48,033 bases of DNA from Eledone cirrhosa (Eukaryota): contig CAXHJY010001238.1 in assembly GCA_964016885.1 (NCBI GenBank), positions 1 to 48,033 of the forward strand, in the 5' to 3' direction. Made by a program: the position numbers and the translations under genes. A model generated the notes under the pieces. That model searched no databases. It saw only the letters and a list, made by a program, of their open reading frames with translations, and was not told the DNA's origin. Of this stretch, positions 30,121 to 44,768 are shown piece by piece. Positions within the stretch are counted from its first letter, which is position 1. Each line of letters starts with the position of its first letter.

Positions 30121-30442
30121 AAATTCTTGATTATTAAAAAAAATATATTGAAAACCATAGGCAGTATCTTCCATCAGAAATGTGGTAAGGAAAGGGCTAA
30201 ATTAAAGTGTTTATATCTATCTAAAAATCTTCCATCATCAGTTTATGTAAGAACTATTATGTTTCAGTTTAATAACGAGAAGGTTATATTACTAAATCGC
30301 ATCAAATTCTTGATTATTTTCAAAATTATTTGAAAACCATAGACAGTGTCTTTCATTAGAAATGTGGTAACGAAAGGGTTAACGTGTTTATATTTATCTA
30401 AAACCTTCCATCATAATTCTATGTAAGAAACTTTGTTCAGTT
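30121..30442. repeat. Diverged tandem duplication, 183-bp period
   Basis: AAATTCTTGATTATT...TTGAAAACCATAG...AGAAATGTGGTAA at 30121 and 30304. Confidence 0.85.
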
Positions 30443-30694
30443 ATGTCCCAACCACCAGCTAAATAATTGTTTCTGATCTGTCTGTCTGTAAGTGTATACA
30501 TATGTGGAGGGGAGGGGGGGGGGGGCGTGGTGGTAAATGAATGAAAGTGAATTATAAAAGATAACTTACCAGTGTTGTTGTAAGCAGGGGTTAACATGGC
30601 GGCTGTGAAGGCCATCTTTGTTCTTTCCACAGGATGATGATGTTGATGATGATCAACCTTTAATAAATACACACACACACATATATAAATATAT

Positions 30695-30736
<42 letters not shown>

Positions 30737-30898
30737 AAATGAAAATCCGAAGGCAAGGTAAAATTCCAATCATTTAATCACGACACATGTTTCAATAAGA
30801 GATAGATCGAATGGAATTGGAGATATACAAAAGCGTAGAGAACTTAATATTGCTAACATAAAGTTATTGGACCATTTTACACAACCAATATTGCACCT

Positions 30899-30946
<48 letters not shown>

Positions 30947-31077
30947 CTGTATATATGTTTGTATATCTGTATATATGTATATATATCTATCTATATATAT
31001 CTATATATGTATATATATATATCTATATATGTATATATATATATCTATATATGTATATATATATATATCTATATATG

Positions 31078-31108
<31 letters not shown>

Positions 31109-31172
31109 CTATCTATCTATCTATGTATTTGTCCCCTTTTGTACCCCTGTGGCTAATAAAGAAACATATCCA

Positions 31173-31199
<27 letters not shown>

Positions 31200-31203
<4 letters not shown>

Positions 31204-32029
31204 CATTTGCGAGTTAAGTTACTTCGGTTCGTATCAGCAATTAGGTAACTAATCCATCCATAGGAATAGATACAGACAGACTGATACAGAAGGAAAACAG
31301 GTGTATAATATTATACGCCATTTAAAAGTATATTTTATGCTATTGCTCTTTATGTAACACATTTTAAATATAAATCGCATTTTTATCAATTTTCAGATCT
31401 TTGAAGTTGAGACGTCAAAAAGAAAACAAAAATTTCACCAAATTTATTTCTACGAGTTGAAGCTTGACCGTAGTGCAGTACAAATGGCTTAGAAACATGA
31501 ATGAAGTACAATTTCTGAATATTTCAACCGAATTCGTAAGTTGACAACGTTTGTAAAATGGAAGCCACAAGAATTGGATGAAAACCAAAAAAATTCGTGG
31601 TGAGGTCTGCTTTTCACTTCTTGCGCCCCCCCCCCCCCGAAAAACCCAAATAAAACAAAACAAACAGAAAAAAAACATCCTTGATCCTATTGTGATGTGC
31701 AATGAAAAGTGGATGCTATACAACAACTGACGACTTTCGGCATAGTGTTTGGTTGGACCGATATGTAGCTCCTCAACACTTCCCAAAACTTGCATGTATG
31801 TATGCATGATCCCGTAACTCCCGAGGGAGTCGTAGGGGTGCCATATTGATATACGGCATTTCTAGGGTATTTTAAAACCTGGCGGTGCTCCTCTCCTCTC
31901 CAGGTCTGAATACAGCAGATTTCTTTCCGAGAAGGATAGAGTGAGTGAGAGATTGGAAGTGAGAAAGAAATATAGAGGAAGAATCAATCGACCCAGTACT
32001 AATTAAACTGGCACTTCTTTATCGACCTC

Positions 32030-32077
<48 letters not shown>

Positions 32078-32652
32078 CAAAGTTGATCCCAGCGCAATTT
32101 GAACTCGGAGAGCAGAGATCCCAAAACTTAAGTTGCATCAAAAGAAGTGACGGCTTGTTGGTCTGCAGTTGAATTAATTCATTACAGCTTTATGAATCCC
32201 GATGAAACAATCACAGCTGAGAAGTATCGATGCAATCCACACAAAATTGCAGCGTATGTGTCCGACATTGTTCAGTAGGAAAGGGCCAATCTCCTAGTAC
32301 GACAGTGCTAGACAACACATCGCACAGCCAAGGTTCCAGAAGCTGAACTAATTGGGTAAACTCAACAGATCTTTCACCAACCGACTACCACCTTTCATAA
32401 GAATTTCTACAACCTGCAAGGAAAAAGTCTTCAACAACCAAACAACAGCAAAGAATGCCTTCGAAGAATTCATCGCCTCAAGAATTTCAGAATTTTTTTT
32501 TATCACCAGAATAAATAAACGTGTATCTTGTTGGCAAACATGTGTAAATTCTAAATGGCTTTTATTTTGATCAATAAAGTTTATTTTGGACTGAGATATG
32601 ACGTTTTAAACTTAATGTTTAAAAACCTGAATTAATTTCTGAGTTACCTGAT
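31200..32652 (+). mobile_element. Decayed mariner (Hsmar1/SETMAR-like transposase) relic
   Basis: Ordered degenerate motifs FYELKLDRSA, KWKPQEL (WVPHEL), IVMCNEKW (IVTCDEKW), PQHFPKLKLHQKK, LIHYSFMNPDETITAEKY, YDSARQH (HDNARPH), DLSPTDYH and NAFEEFIAS, with stops and deletions. Left boundary approximate. Confidence 0.88.
31792..32118 (-). mobile_element. Chimeric retroposed insert inside the mariner with 11-bp TSD
   Basis: TCCCAAAACTT at 31781-31791 and 32119-32129; SINE part at 31985-32118; (CATA)n-like tail at the left end. Confidence 0.75.
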
Positions 32653-32758
32653 ATATATACATGCACACACATATATAAACATACACACTAATATATACAT
32701 AAATACTCATAACATTATATCTATCTATCTATATATTTTATATATATATATCTATCTA

Positions 32759-32813
<55 letters not shown>

Positions 32814-32828
32814 ATATATATCTATCTA

Positions 32829-32861
<33 letters not shown>

Positions 32862-33671
32862 CACTCACAAAATGTGGAGGCCGTGAAATATATATATATT
32901 TATATAATCTATTTATTAATAAAAACCTTTATACACACACGCCCACATACACACGCATGTATGTATAAAGACAAAAAAATATTAATGGAAGCAAGTTAAG
33001 GAAGGAAGGAATGCTGGTTGTCGAAATCAATAATTCTCTTCCGAATCGATGAGACGAGGAACATTGTAATATCGTTGATGGAGAGGACATCAACATGAAG
33101 GTTTTTATCTGAACAACATTATGAAACAAACATTATTACACAAATCAAGATCGGAAAATGACGGAATGTTGGGAGTAGGGTTGGTGGGAAAAGTATTATA
33201 GAGAGAAAGAGGGAGAAAAAATATAAAAATAAATTATTTGAAGAGATGAAAAATTCACCAGACAGAAATATTCAGTGAAAAATGTTCGTCATCTTTTAGG
33301 GCAGACGATGATAGAAAGAAGAGAAAAGAAAGGAGCAAAGGAAGAGTGTTAAAAACAAGTGAACGTCTGCTTAAGAAGCAGAGAAGAGAACAACATTATG
33401 TGTCACTGCTGCTGTCGTCCCTCTCTGACATAACACAGCTATCGTCTGCTGGCTTGAAGGAATGATATAACAGAAGAAAAAAAGAACCAAAAACATACAA
33501 AATCAAATACAAAGAAAAAAAGGAAAAATGAGAAATCAAATGAAATAATTAGTTGCATCGATTTATTTGTAAAAATAAAGTCAGTTACGCCCGTCAAAGA
33601 TTCTATAGAAATCCACCAACCACCAAACGTGTCTTCAAGATTCTACCACTTCCTTCTGTGTATGTCTGTGT

Positions 33672-34347
33672 GTTATATATAATATATATATCATATATAT
33701 AATATATATGATATTATATATATATTATATATATATATATATAATATATATATTATATATATATAATATATAATATCATATATATATAATATATATATAA
33801 TATATAATATCATATATATATAATATATATATAATATATATATAATATATATATTATATATATATAATATATATATAATATATATATTATATATATATTA
33901 TATATATATTATATATATATTATATATATATATAATATATATATTATATATATATATATATAATATATATATTATATATATATATATATAATATATATAT
34001 TATATATATATATATAATATATATATTATATATATATATATAGTGTATATATATAAGATATATATAATATATATATATTATATATAATATATATATTATA
34101 TATAATATATATAATATATATATATATATTAAATATATATAATATATATTATATATATATATTATATATATAATATTATATATATTATATATATAATATA
34201 TCTATTATATATATATTATAGTAATAATAAATTTGAAGACTAAAATCCAAAGAGGGCTCGATCAGGATAAATATATATCAAATATATAAGAACCGTAGAG
34301 CAAATATTATACATATATATATATTATATAATATATATATTATATAT

Positions 34348-34378
<31 letters not shown>

Positions 34379-34700
34379 ATATAATATATATATAATATAT
34401 ATATTATATAATATATATATATATATATTATATATTGTATAATATATATATATATATATTATATATTGTATATATATATTGTATATATATTATATAATAT
34501 ATATATATTATATATAATATATATATACATATATATTATATTATATATATATAATATATATATACATATATATACATATATAATATATAATATATATATA
34601 ATATATACATATATAATATATATATATAATATATACATATAATATATACATATAATATATACATATATATACATATATAATATATATTTAGTCTTCAAAT

Positions 34701-34750
<50 letters not shown>
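33672..34750. repeat. AT-only array (TATATAA variants) with embedded repeat fragments
   Basis: Direct inspection. Confidence 0.93.
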
Positions 34751-34753
<3 letters not shown>

Positions 34754-35129
34754 AAGAAAAAGCTATTGTTTCGCATATTCATTTTATATTACATAAAATG
34801 GCTACTCCTATTTCCTCATATATATATGTCTATATGTGTGTATATATATCTATGTGTGTGCATATATGTGTGTATGTGTGTGTATATATATATATATAAT
34901 ATAATTTCCAGTTATCATGAATCCCTGAAAAACTGATAAACACCTTTAATCAATTTTTATTTATACATCCATGCAGTCTCAGTTACCTCTTGTCGATATA
35001 CAGATATAACTTCATCGTATACACCGGCTTCGGTGTCTAACATCTATTTGGAGTTTCGACTCTTAACCGTAACCCCCTCTCATTGGAGTAGGGCCAGCAA
35101 TGGTGACCAGATCATTGCTCATTTTCTTC

Positions 35130-35860
35130 TCCCGGTTTTCAGTTTATTTCTTCTCTCTTGCTCCATATTCAACAAGGAGAATGTTTCGTTGCCTTCTCCT
35201 CCATCCTTTTAGCTATTATCTTCTCTCTCTTCCTTCCTCTGATTCCAATAGTAGTGAGCCTTCCCTATATCGATTGATCTGGAAATCTTACCTCAACTGA
35301 AAGTCGGCGCCACACACGATACTCTTTCTCCTTGCACTCCCACACAAGGGACTGAATTCAATCAGGATTATCTTCATCACCTTTTCAGACCACAGAACCA
35401 CATCTAGTCCCAGTCTGGGGGGACAGCAAGCTACCCCCCAGATCAACCCTCATATCTCACGATTGGATCATTTGTATTATACCACATGCTGTTCTAACTG
35501 TGGTAGATGGCTTCTCTCCCCTTCTCACAAACCTCATTGATGGTAATGGTTTTCTCCGTGTTTGACATCGCTCGTGTCTCACTTGTTCCAGAGTATTGGC
35601 AAGTGCCATCCATGAGCTCCTTGTCGTGACACCATCTATAACTCAGTCGAAATAGTATTGTTTTTACATCGTCGTAGAATATGCACCATAGCGCTCCTTT
35701 CTTCACAGACCTTACACGACTTGTCCTCCCTCATTCCCCATCTGTGAAATTTTGTTGGAGTCGGTAGGGTGTCATACCACATCTTAGAGCTAGAAGGAGA
35801 TTCGGAAAAGTTCCAATTTCCATTAAATCTTCCCAAGAGACCTTCCTCTGTAGGAATCGA
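35130..35860 (-). mobile_element. RLE-type (Hero/NeSL-like) non-LTR retrotransposon 3' fragment
   Basis: YDTLPTPTKFHRWGMREDKSCKVCEERSAMVHILRRC (CCHC knuckle), then RWCHDK and LRLDVVLWSEKVMKIILIE (PD..E nuclease-like), frameshifted. Confidence 0.75.
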
Positions 35861-36178
35861 ACCACAGCTGTCACGGGCCTGATGATTCGATTACCAATAC
35901 ACCAAAGCATGCCTGACTACATACCCGTCAATTTTACGCCTTATCGTTCACAAAGCGTTGAGCTGCAAGACTAGGCTTTAAAATGACAGTTAAATCGTTC
36001 GTCACGCTTCAATTTAATGGTAACGAAGGCGTCCGCAATATAGCAGATGTGAATTCAATTCCCACAGGCGACTCTTTCCCCCTTTTCTTAGTCTCTACGT
36101 GGTAATAGCCAAAACTTGTTCGACAACTATAATGTGAAATTGTAGAAGCTTAAAATAAGTTCATATATTTTCAAAATT

Positions 36179-36212
<34 letters not shown>

Positions 36213-36354
36213 TTCCCACAACATGAGAATTTACACATTTTCCGTCCAATAAGAGCATCACTCATCGATGTGTTATGATCGACTAGTTACGCGTTCAGAG
36301 ACATACGAGAAATTGAGTTTATACATGCGTACATATGTTCATACACACATACAC

Positions 36355-36406
<52 letters not shown>

Positions 36407-36583
36407 GCGCAAGTCGATGAGTAATAATAATTTTTGCAGGTCGACTATAGCAAATGGAATTCAGAGTCAAACTTCAGGTTACCGATCTATTACCTAACAG
36501 CTTGTAGCTCAGAGCCGTTCATTTGCGAAACGTGTTGTGCGAGATCACAAATAAAATATGCCGATTTGAAACTTCTCATTCTC

Positions 36584-36625
<42 letters not shown>

Positions 36626-37240
36626 AATAATGTATTAGCTTCTCGCACCATTGAGTGCTTTATAATCGCCTCAAACAATTCGATTAGTATCTACTATATT
36701 ACGGCTACAATTTCGATTCATAACCAATATATATATATATATATATATATATTTACACACACACACACCCCCACACACACATGTACATTTCATATATATA
36801 TATACATTTAAGCATTACCAGTCGTGTTTTTACCCAGCATAGACAGCAGGCAACCGACACGGCCATATTTAACACCAACAATATATAAGTAGCCGTTACA
36901 TTGCCCTCTATTTCTTCAGTTCAAAAATTACCAATGGTATTATGGGATAGATAGAGGTAAAAATGTCAGTTTCAATAGATGACGTAATACTGAGCAGCAG
37001 CAGCAGTAGTGGCAGCCATATTACATCTGTTCATTTCGGCTGTCTGGGCAATCTCTTGTCTCTTTCCACTGTTCTCTGCCACCCCCCCTCTCCCTATCAC
37101 TCCCACTCCATCACTAAGGCTGTTTTCGTGTCTGTGTGACCGTTAACGAAATTATCTACCTGTTTTTCTTTGTCAGATAGGAAAGTGTATGTGTGTGTAG
37201 TTTGCATAACCAACAGATTGTGTGTGTGTGTTTATGTATG

Positions 37241-37277
<37 letters not shown>

Positions 37278-37284
37278 TTCACGT

Positions 37285-37418
37285 TAAGTAAGGTGCTCAA
37301 TGCATTAATAGAGTTTTAAATATAGAATTGGCTTCTACAGGACTAGACCTGTTTCATTCGAAAGAAATCATCAGAAAAGATTTCCTGGTGATTTCCTGCA
37401 AAAGCCATTTCTATTTTA
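37285..37418 (-). mobile_element. Second copy of the 29.3-kb mini HHR fold-back family
   Basis: Minus strand CTGATGA (37374-37368)...GAA-ACAGG-tctagt-CCTGT-A-gaagcc; right arm degenerate and deleted; same AAGTAAGGT(A/G)CTCAAT flank. Confidence 0.7.
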
Positions 37419-37468
37419 GACATTATACATATATATATATATAATGTGTATGATATATATATATATGA

Positions 37469-37554
37469 TTGTTTCTACTTTAGGCACAAGGCCAGCAATT
37501 ACCCAGTGCATTACTGGTACTTTATTTCATCGAACCCGTAAGGATGAAAGGCAA
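37469..37554 (-). mobile_element. 5'-truncated SINE
   Basis: Matches 19851-19937. Confidence 0.85.
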
Positions 37555-37559
37555 CGTCA

Positions 37560-37565
37560 TATATA

Positions 37566-37604
<39 letters not shown>

Positions 37605-38515
37605 GTATATTATATATATATATATATATATAATGTATATTATATATATATATATATAATGTATATTATATATATATATATAATGTATATGATATATATA
37701 TATATATATATATATAATGTATATGATATATATATATAATGTATATGATATATATATATAATGTATATGATATATATATATATATAATGTATATGATATA
37801 TATATATATATAATGTATATGATATATATATATATAATGTATATGATATATATATATATATAATGTATATGATATATATATATATAATGTATATGATATA
37901 TATATATAATGTATATGATATATATATATATATAATGTATATGATATATATATATATATAATGTATATGATATATATATATATATAATGTATATGATATA
38001 TATATATATATATAAGAACGGGCGAATGGATGTATTTTGTGGAGGATGATACTAAGGAGTTGCATAACTGATATCGATAAAAAATAATGGATAGCATCTT
38101 ACTTTATATTGCACACTGAAACGATCGTACAACAATAGATTAATTAAGAACTAAAACAAGTCTTGCTTTCATTGTTGAAGGTTATATATATATTGTATTT
38201 ATATATAATATATATACATACATATATATAAATATATATATATATATAAATATAATACATGTATATAATATATATAAATATAATACATTATATATATGTA
38301 TATAATATATTATATATATGTATATATATAAATATAATACATGTATATAATATATATAAATATAATATATATTATATATATGTATATATATATAATATAT
38401 ATTACATATATCTATATATATAATATATATAAATATAATATATATTATATAAATATATATTATATATATGTATATATATAATATATATAAATGAGTTTTT
38501 CGAATAATAATAATA

Positions 38516-38558
<43 letters not shown>

Positions 38559-38644
38559 TATTCGCCTTCGAACCAATGTTAAAATGATCGTAAAACAATG
38601 AATTAATTAACGACCTGTCTCTGACATTCATATTGTTTTTATTG

Positions 38645-38694
<50 letters not shown>

Positions 38695-38870
38695 TATATA
38701 TATATATATATATATAAATATATATATATATAATATACATATATACGCATACGTATATATACATATATAAATATGTATATATACCTATAAATATAAATAT
38801 ATATATATATTATATATATATAAATATATACGCATATATATATACATATATATATATAAATATATACGCA

Positions 38871-38901
<31 letters not shown>

Positions 38902-38967
38902 GTATATATATATATACATATAAAATATGTATATCTATATATATATAATATGCATATATATATGTAT

Positions 38968-39000
<33 letters not shown>

Positions 39001-39942
39001 CTATAAATAAATATGTATATATATCTATAAATAAATATGTACATTGCATATGTATATATATACACATACATACACATCATACACATATGTATATATGCAC
39101 TGGGTTCGACTCCCAGATACCTCAATACTCATCTTTTTTCCATTCCATGTAGATGTATATTTATATATGTATGTATATATTTGTATATGTATATATACAT
39201 AGCCATATATACAAAGAATTGTGTACACACATATATATATATGTATACATACGTAAATATACAAATATTATCTAGATATAGATATATACCTATATGTACA
39301 TAACCAAATATACATACATATACATATATATGTGAAAATATATACATATATAAATACATTCGTTTGTTTAAAGCAAAAAACTAAACTTAAGAAGAGCCAT
39401 CAACTACATATATATATCTATATATATCTCTCTAGATATATAAATTTATATATTTATACATTTATATACATATATATTATATATATACATTTATATACAT
39501 ATATATATACATATATATATTATATATATACATTTATATACATATATATATACATTTATATACATATATATATTATATATATACATTTATATACATATAT
39601 ATAGGTATATATATACATTTATATACATATATATACATATATATACATTTATATACATTTATATACATTTATATACATTTATATAGGTACATATATACAT
39701 TTATATACATATATATACATTTATATACATTTATATAGGTACATATATACATTTATATACATATATATACATTTAAATACATTTATATAGGTACATATAT
39801 ATATTATATATCTAGATTTATATAGGTACATATATTATATATATATATTTATATACATATATATAGGTATATATATATTATATATCTACATTTATATACA
39901 TATATATATATATCTACATTTATATACATATATATCTACATT

Positions 39943-39973
<31 letters not shown>

Positions 39974-40311
39974 GTATATAAATGTATATATATAATATAT
40001 ATATATATATATGTATGTATATAAATGTATATATATATATATATATGTATGTATATAAATGTATATATATAATATATATATATATATATGTATGTATATA
40101 AATGTATATATATAATATATATATATATATATGTATGTATATAAATGTATATATATAATATATATATATGTATATAAATGTATATATATATATATATATA
40201 AATGTATATATATATATATATATTATATATATAAATTTATATACATATAGATGTATATATATATATGTATGTATATAAATGTATATATATATATATGTAT
40301 GTATATAAATG

Positions 40312-40354
<43 letters not shown>

Positions 40355-40388
40355 AATGTATATATATATATATGTATGTATATAAATG

Positions 40389-40453
<65 letters not shown>

Positions 40454-40574
40454 AATGTATATATATATATATATATATATGTATATAAATGTATATATAT
40501 ATATATATATTATATATATACATTTATATACATATATATATATATACATTTATATACATATATATATATAAATG

Positions 40575-40607
<33 letters not shown>

Positions 40608-40730
40608 CATTTATATACATATATATATATATATATACATTTATATACATATATATATATTATATATATACATTCATATACATACATATATATATATACA
40701 TTTATATACATACATATATATATATACATT

Positions 40731-40776
<46 letters not shown>

Positions 40777-41306
40777 ACATTTATATAAATACATATATAT
40801 ATACATTTATATACATATATATATATATATATTATATATATACATTTATATACATACATATATATATTATATATATACATTTATATACATACATATATAT
40901 ATATATATATTATATATATACATTTATATACATACATATATATATATATATATTATATATATACATTTATATACATACATATATATATATACATTTATAT
41001 TATATATATACATTTATATACATATATATATATATATATTATATATATACATTTATATACATATATATATAATATATATACATAATATATATACATGAAA
41101 TATAATATATATACATATATATATATATAATATATATACATATATATATATAATATATATACATATATATATATATAATATATATACATATATATATATA
41201 TAATATATATACATATATATATATGATATATATACATTTATATACATATATATATAATATATATACATATATATATATGTATTATATATACATTTATATA
41301 CATATA

Positions 41307-41337
<31 letters not shown>

Positions 41338-41353
41338 GTATTATATATACATT

Positions 41354-41398
<45 letters not shown>

Positions 41399-42268
41399 TA
41401 CGTATATATATATTATATATATACATATATATACATATATATATATATATTATATATACACATATATATATATATTATATATAAACATATATATATATAT
41501 ACATATATATACATATATATATATATATTATATATACACATATATATATATATTATATATATACATATATATATATATACATCTATATACATATATATAT
41601 ATACATCTATATACATATATATATATAATATATATACATATATATATAAATATATATACATATATATATATATTATATATACACATATATATTATATATA
41701 TACACATATATTATATATATACACATATTATATATATACACATATATTATATATACACATATATATTATATATATACATGTATATACAGATATATTATAT
41801 ATATACATGTATATACATATATATTATATATATACATATATATATATACATATATATATATATTATATATATACTATATATATATATATATATACACATA
41901 TATATATATATATACATCTATATACATATATATACATTTATATACATATATATACATTTATATACATATATATAATATATATTACATTTATATACATATA
42001 TATAATATATATTACATTTATATACATATATATAATATATATACATTTATATACATATATATATTATATATTATATATATACATTTATATACATATAATT
42101 ATATATATACATTTATAAACATATATATGTATATAAATGTATATATACATATATATTTTTATATAGGTATATATATATATACATATATTATATATATATA
42201 TATATTATATATATATTTAACATTTATACACACATATATAGGTATATATATATATATTTAATATTTAT

Positions 42269-42301
<33 letters not shown>

Positions 42302-42449
42302 CATATATATACTGTACCGATTGTGTTGATATTTTTGTTTACCTTTTACTTATTTAAATATATATAAATATATATATATAAATACATGTATATGTATATA
42401 TACATATATATTAATACATATGTATAGGTATATATATACACTTATATAT

Positions 42450-42490
<41 letters not shown>

Positions 42491-42506
42491 CATCCATATA
42501 TAAATG

Positions 42507-42543
<37 letters not shown>

Positions 42544-42789
42544 CGATATATATATATATTTATGTATATTCAGAAATAGATATATACATATATATATACA
42601 TATACACTATCCAGGAAGCTCCAACCGTTAAGGTTGTCATTTTTCAGGGTATGTCAATATTTATTTATAAAACAAATCTGTATTGTATTTTATCTGATGA
42701 AAACGCACCATAATTTTCCTTGGTGGCCCTTGAAATATGTATAATAAAATAAATATGGTTTTATAAATATAGTTTCCATTTGTTAATAT

Positions 42790-42837
<48 letters not shown>

Positions 42838-43200
42838 GATATATACACATATATATTTATAGATATATACATATATATTTATAAATAGATATATACATAT
42901 ATATTCATAAATATATATACACACATATATTCATAAATATATATACATACATATATATTTTCATAAATATATATACTTACATATATATATTCGTAAATAT
43001 ATATACATATATATATATTTATAGATATATTTACATGCATATATATTTATAAATATATACATATACATACATATATATATAAATTTATACATATACATAC
43101 ATATATATATAAATTTATACATACAGACATCTTATATACATAATCATACATATATATATTATCTATCTATCTATATATATATATACATACCTATACATGC
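37560..43200. repeat. Mosaic AT-rich satellite field
   Basis: Blocks of ATAATGTATATG(AT)n, TACATTTATATACA and (TA)n with short unique islands. Confidence 0.9.
42686..42751 (+). ncRNA. Type I hammerhead ribozyme
   Basis: TATTTTAT/ATAAAATA stem I (8 bp); CTGATGA 42694-42700; CACCA/TGGTG in stem II; GAA-ATATGTAT (42735-42742)-A (AUA site). Confidence 0.75.
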
Positions 43201-43208
43201 ATATTATG

Positions 43209-43261
<53 letters not shown>

Positions 43262-43599
43262 AATCATATAAACATATATGCCCATAATATTCTACACATC
43301 GTATCGTTCATGATGTCATAAGATGTGTGTATTACATTGTGTAATGTTGTGTGTTACGTCATCAGCAGCCATTACGCGGCACCAATAGACACACACTCAC
43401 ACATATAGGCCTTAACGATGGACGGATACACAGTTACATGTGCTACTGCACTATTGTGGTGGTGTCATCGTATTTTGCCTTACATATATAGTGAGAGGCT
43501 ATACTCATATGTTCATACGTACGTGCATACATATGTCTGTGTATGTATATATGTTTGTATACACACCCGTACATTATATATATATGTCATATATATGCA

Positions 43600-43848
43600 T
43601 TCGGTTATCAGCAGAAGAGAGGTAGGAGTTAAAGCCAAACTTGCTATCTTCAATTCGGGATTTTCTTCCACCCTTATATTTGGTCATGAATCCTCAGTAA
43701 TGACCAAAAGAATACTATCGCGAATAGAAACGGCCGAAATGGGGTTCCTCCGAAGGGTCTTCGGAGTAATATTACGCGATAGAGTGCGAGGTAGGGAGTT
43801 CAGAGAGTCACTACATTTAGAACCGCCACTTCTACGAATTGAGAGATG
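43600..43848 (+). mobile_element. RTE-clade LINE fragment (post-RT region)
   Basis: KAKLAIFNS...TLIFGHES...RIETAEMGFLRRVFGVILRDRVR...LEPPLLRIER. Confidence 0.8.
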
Positions 43849-44498
43849 TGTTGCATGTCAACATCGTCGGCATACAAGAGTTCTCTAATTAATATTTGGA
43901 ACACCTTCGACTTGTAATTGAACCTTCTTAGGTGAACGATTCTTCCTGTAGTTCTAACATGCAACAGAACACTCTTTGCATAGCCCTGGAATGCACGACT
44001 CAGCACCACAGCAAAGAAATATTGAAATAGTGTTGGAGTGAGGATATCTCCTTGCTTCACGCCATTTGAATGGCAGTATCGATAGAGGGTCGGACGCCAT
44101 GCTTTGACGTATAGAGTTACGGCCCTTGCCATTCTGAGTTCAAATCCCGCCGAGGTTAACTTTGCCTTTCATCCTTACGGGGTCGATAAAATAAAGTACC
44201 AGTAATACACTGGGTAATTGCTCGCCTTGTGCCAAAAGTAGAAACAGTTATTAACTGGGATTTCATTGGACAATTCTCCATTCAAGACAATCTGAGCCTT
44301 CATATTTCTGTGCAGTTGGGCGAACATATCAATAAACGTTGTGGGCACCCTAAGGCTGCCAGATCTATATTTAATCTTTGGAGTTCTTTCGTTACCAGTG
44401 CAAGCTTGGTGGGTTCCCGGTTTAGTCACTGACGACCCGACCATGCAACAGGTTGTACTGGGTGACATGTTACCAGCAGCTCTCAGAGCGACCTGACA
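43849..44498 (-). mobile_element. Multiply deleted RTE LINE (5' UTR, endonuclease stub, RT stub) interrupted by a SINE
   Basis: ALVTKELQRLNIDLAAL (44401-44351, APE N-terminus) fused to GCP/FIDMFAQLH...IPVN, then NGVKQGDILTPTLF...RELLYADD. Confidence 0.85.
44067..44246 (+). mobile_element. Near full-length tRNA-headed SINE inserted in RT coding sequence
   Basis: TGGCAGTATCG A-box-like motif, GAGTTCAAATCC B-box, 3' end GTGCCAAAAGTAGAAAC. Confidence 0.87.
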
Positions 44499-44557
44499 AT
44501 ATATATATATATATATATATAAACATACACATATACTTATATATAGATATACTTATA

Positions 44558-44734
44558 TAGTGAAATTCCGTTATAACGAAATTCACGGGGGTATAAAAAA
44601 AATCATTGTAACGAAACATTCTTTAAACGAGATCGACTAACACATCAAGTGTGTAGCCGAGGATTGAAAAAAAAAAATTTCGTTATACTGAAAAATTCGT
44701 TATAATGGTATTCATGAAAACGGAATGTTACCTG

Positions 44735-44735
<1 letters not shown>
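44558..44735. mobile_element. pogo/Tigger-type MITE
   Basis: Left AGTGAAATTCCGTTATAACGAA, right AACGGAATGTTACCTG-TA, reiterated TTCGTTATA/TAACGAA subterminal motifs, TA flanks. Confidence 0.6.

Positions 44736-44768
<33 letters not shown>

Noticed and set aside
36960-37200. Possible promoter or exon island (TGACGT, CAG run, polypyrimidine-AG)
   Set aside because: Short motifs only; not supportable without expression or conservation data.
39100-39116. tRNA T-arm/B-box CTGGGTTCGACTCCCAG
   Set aside because: No D arm, anticodon arm or A-box nearby; isolated in AT satellite.
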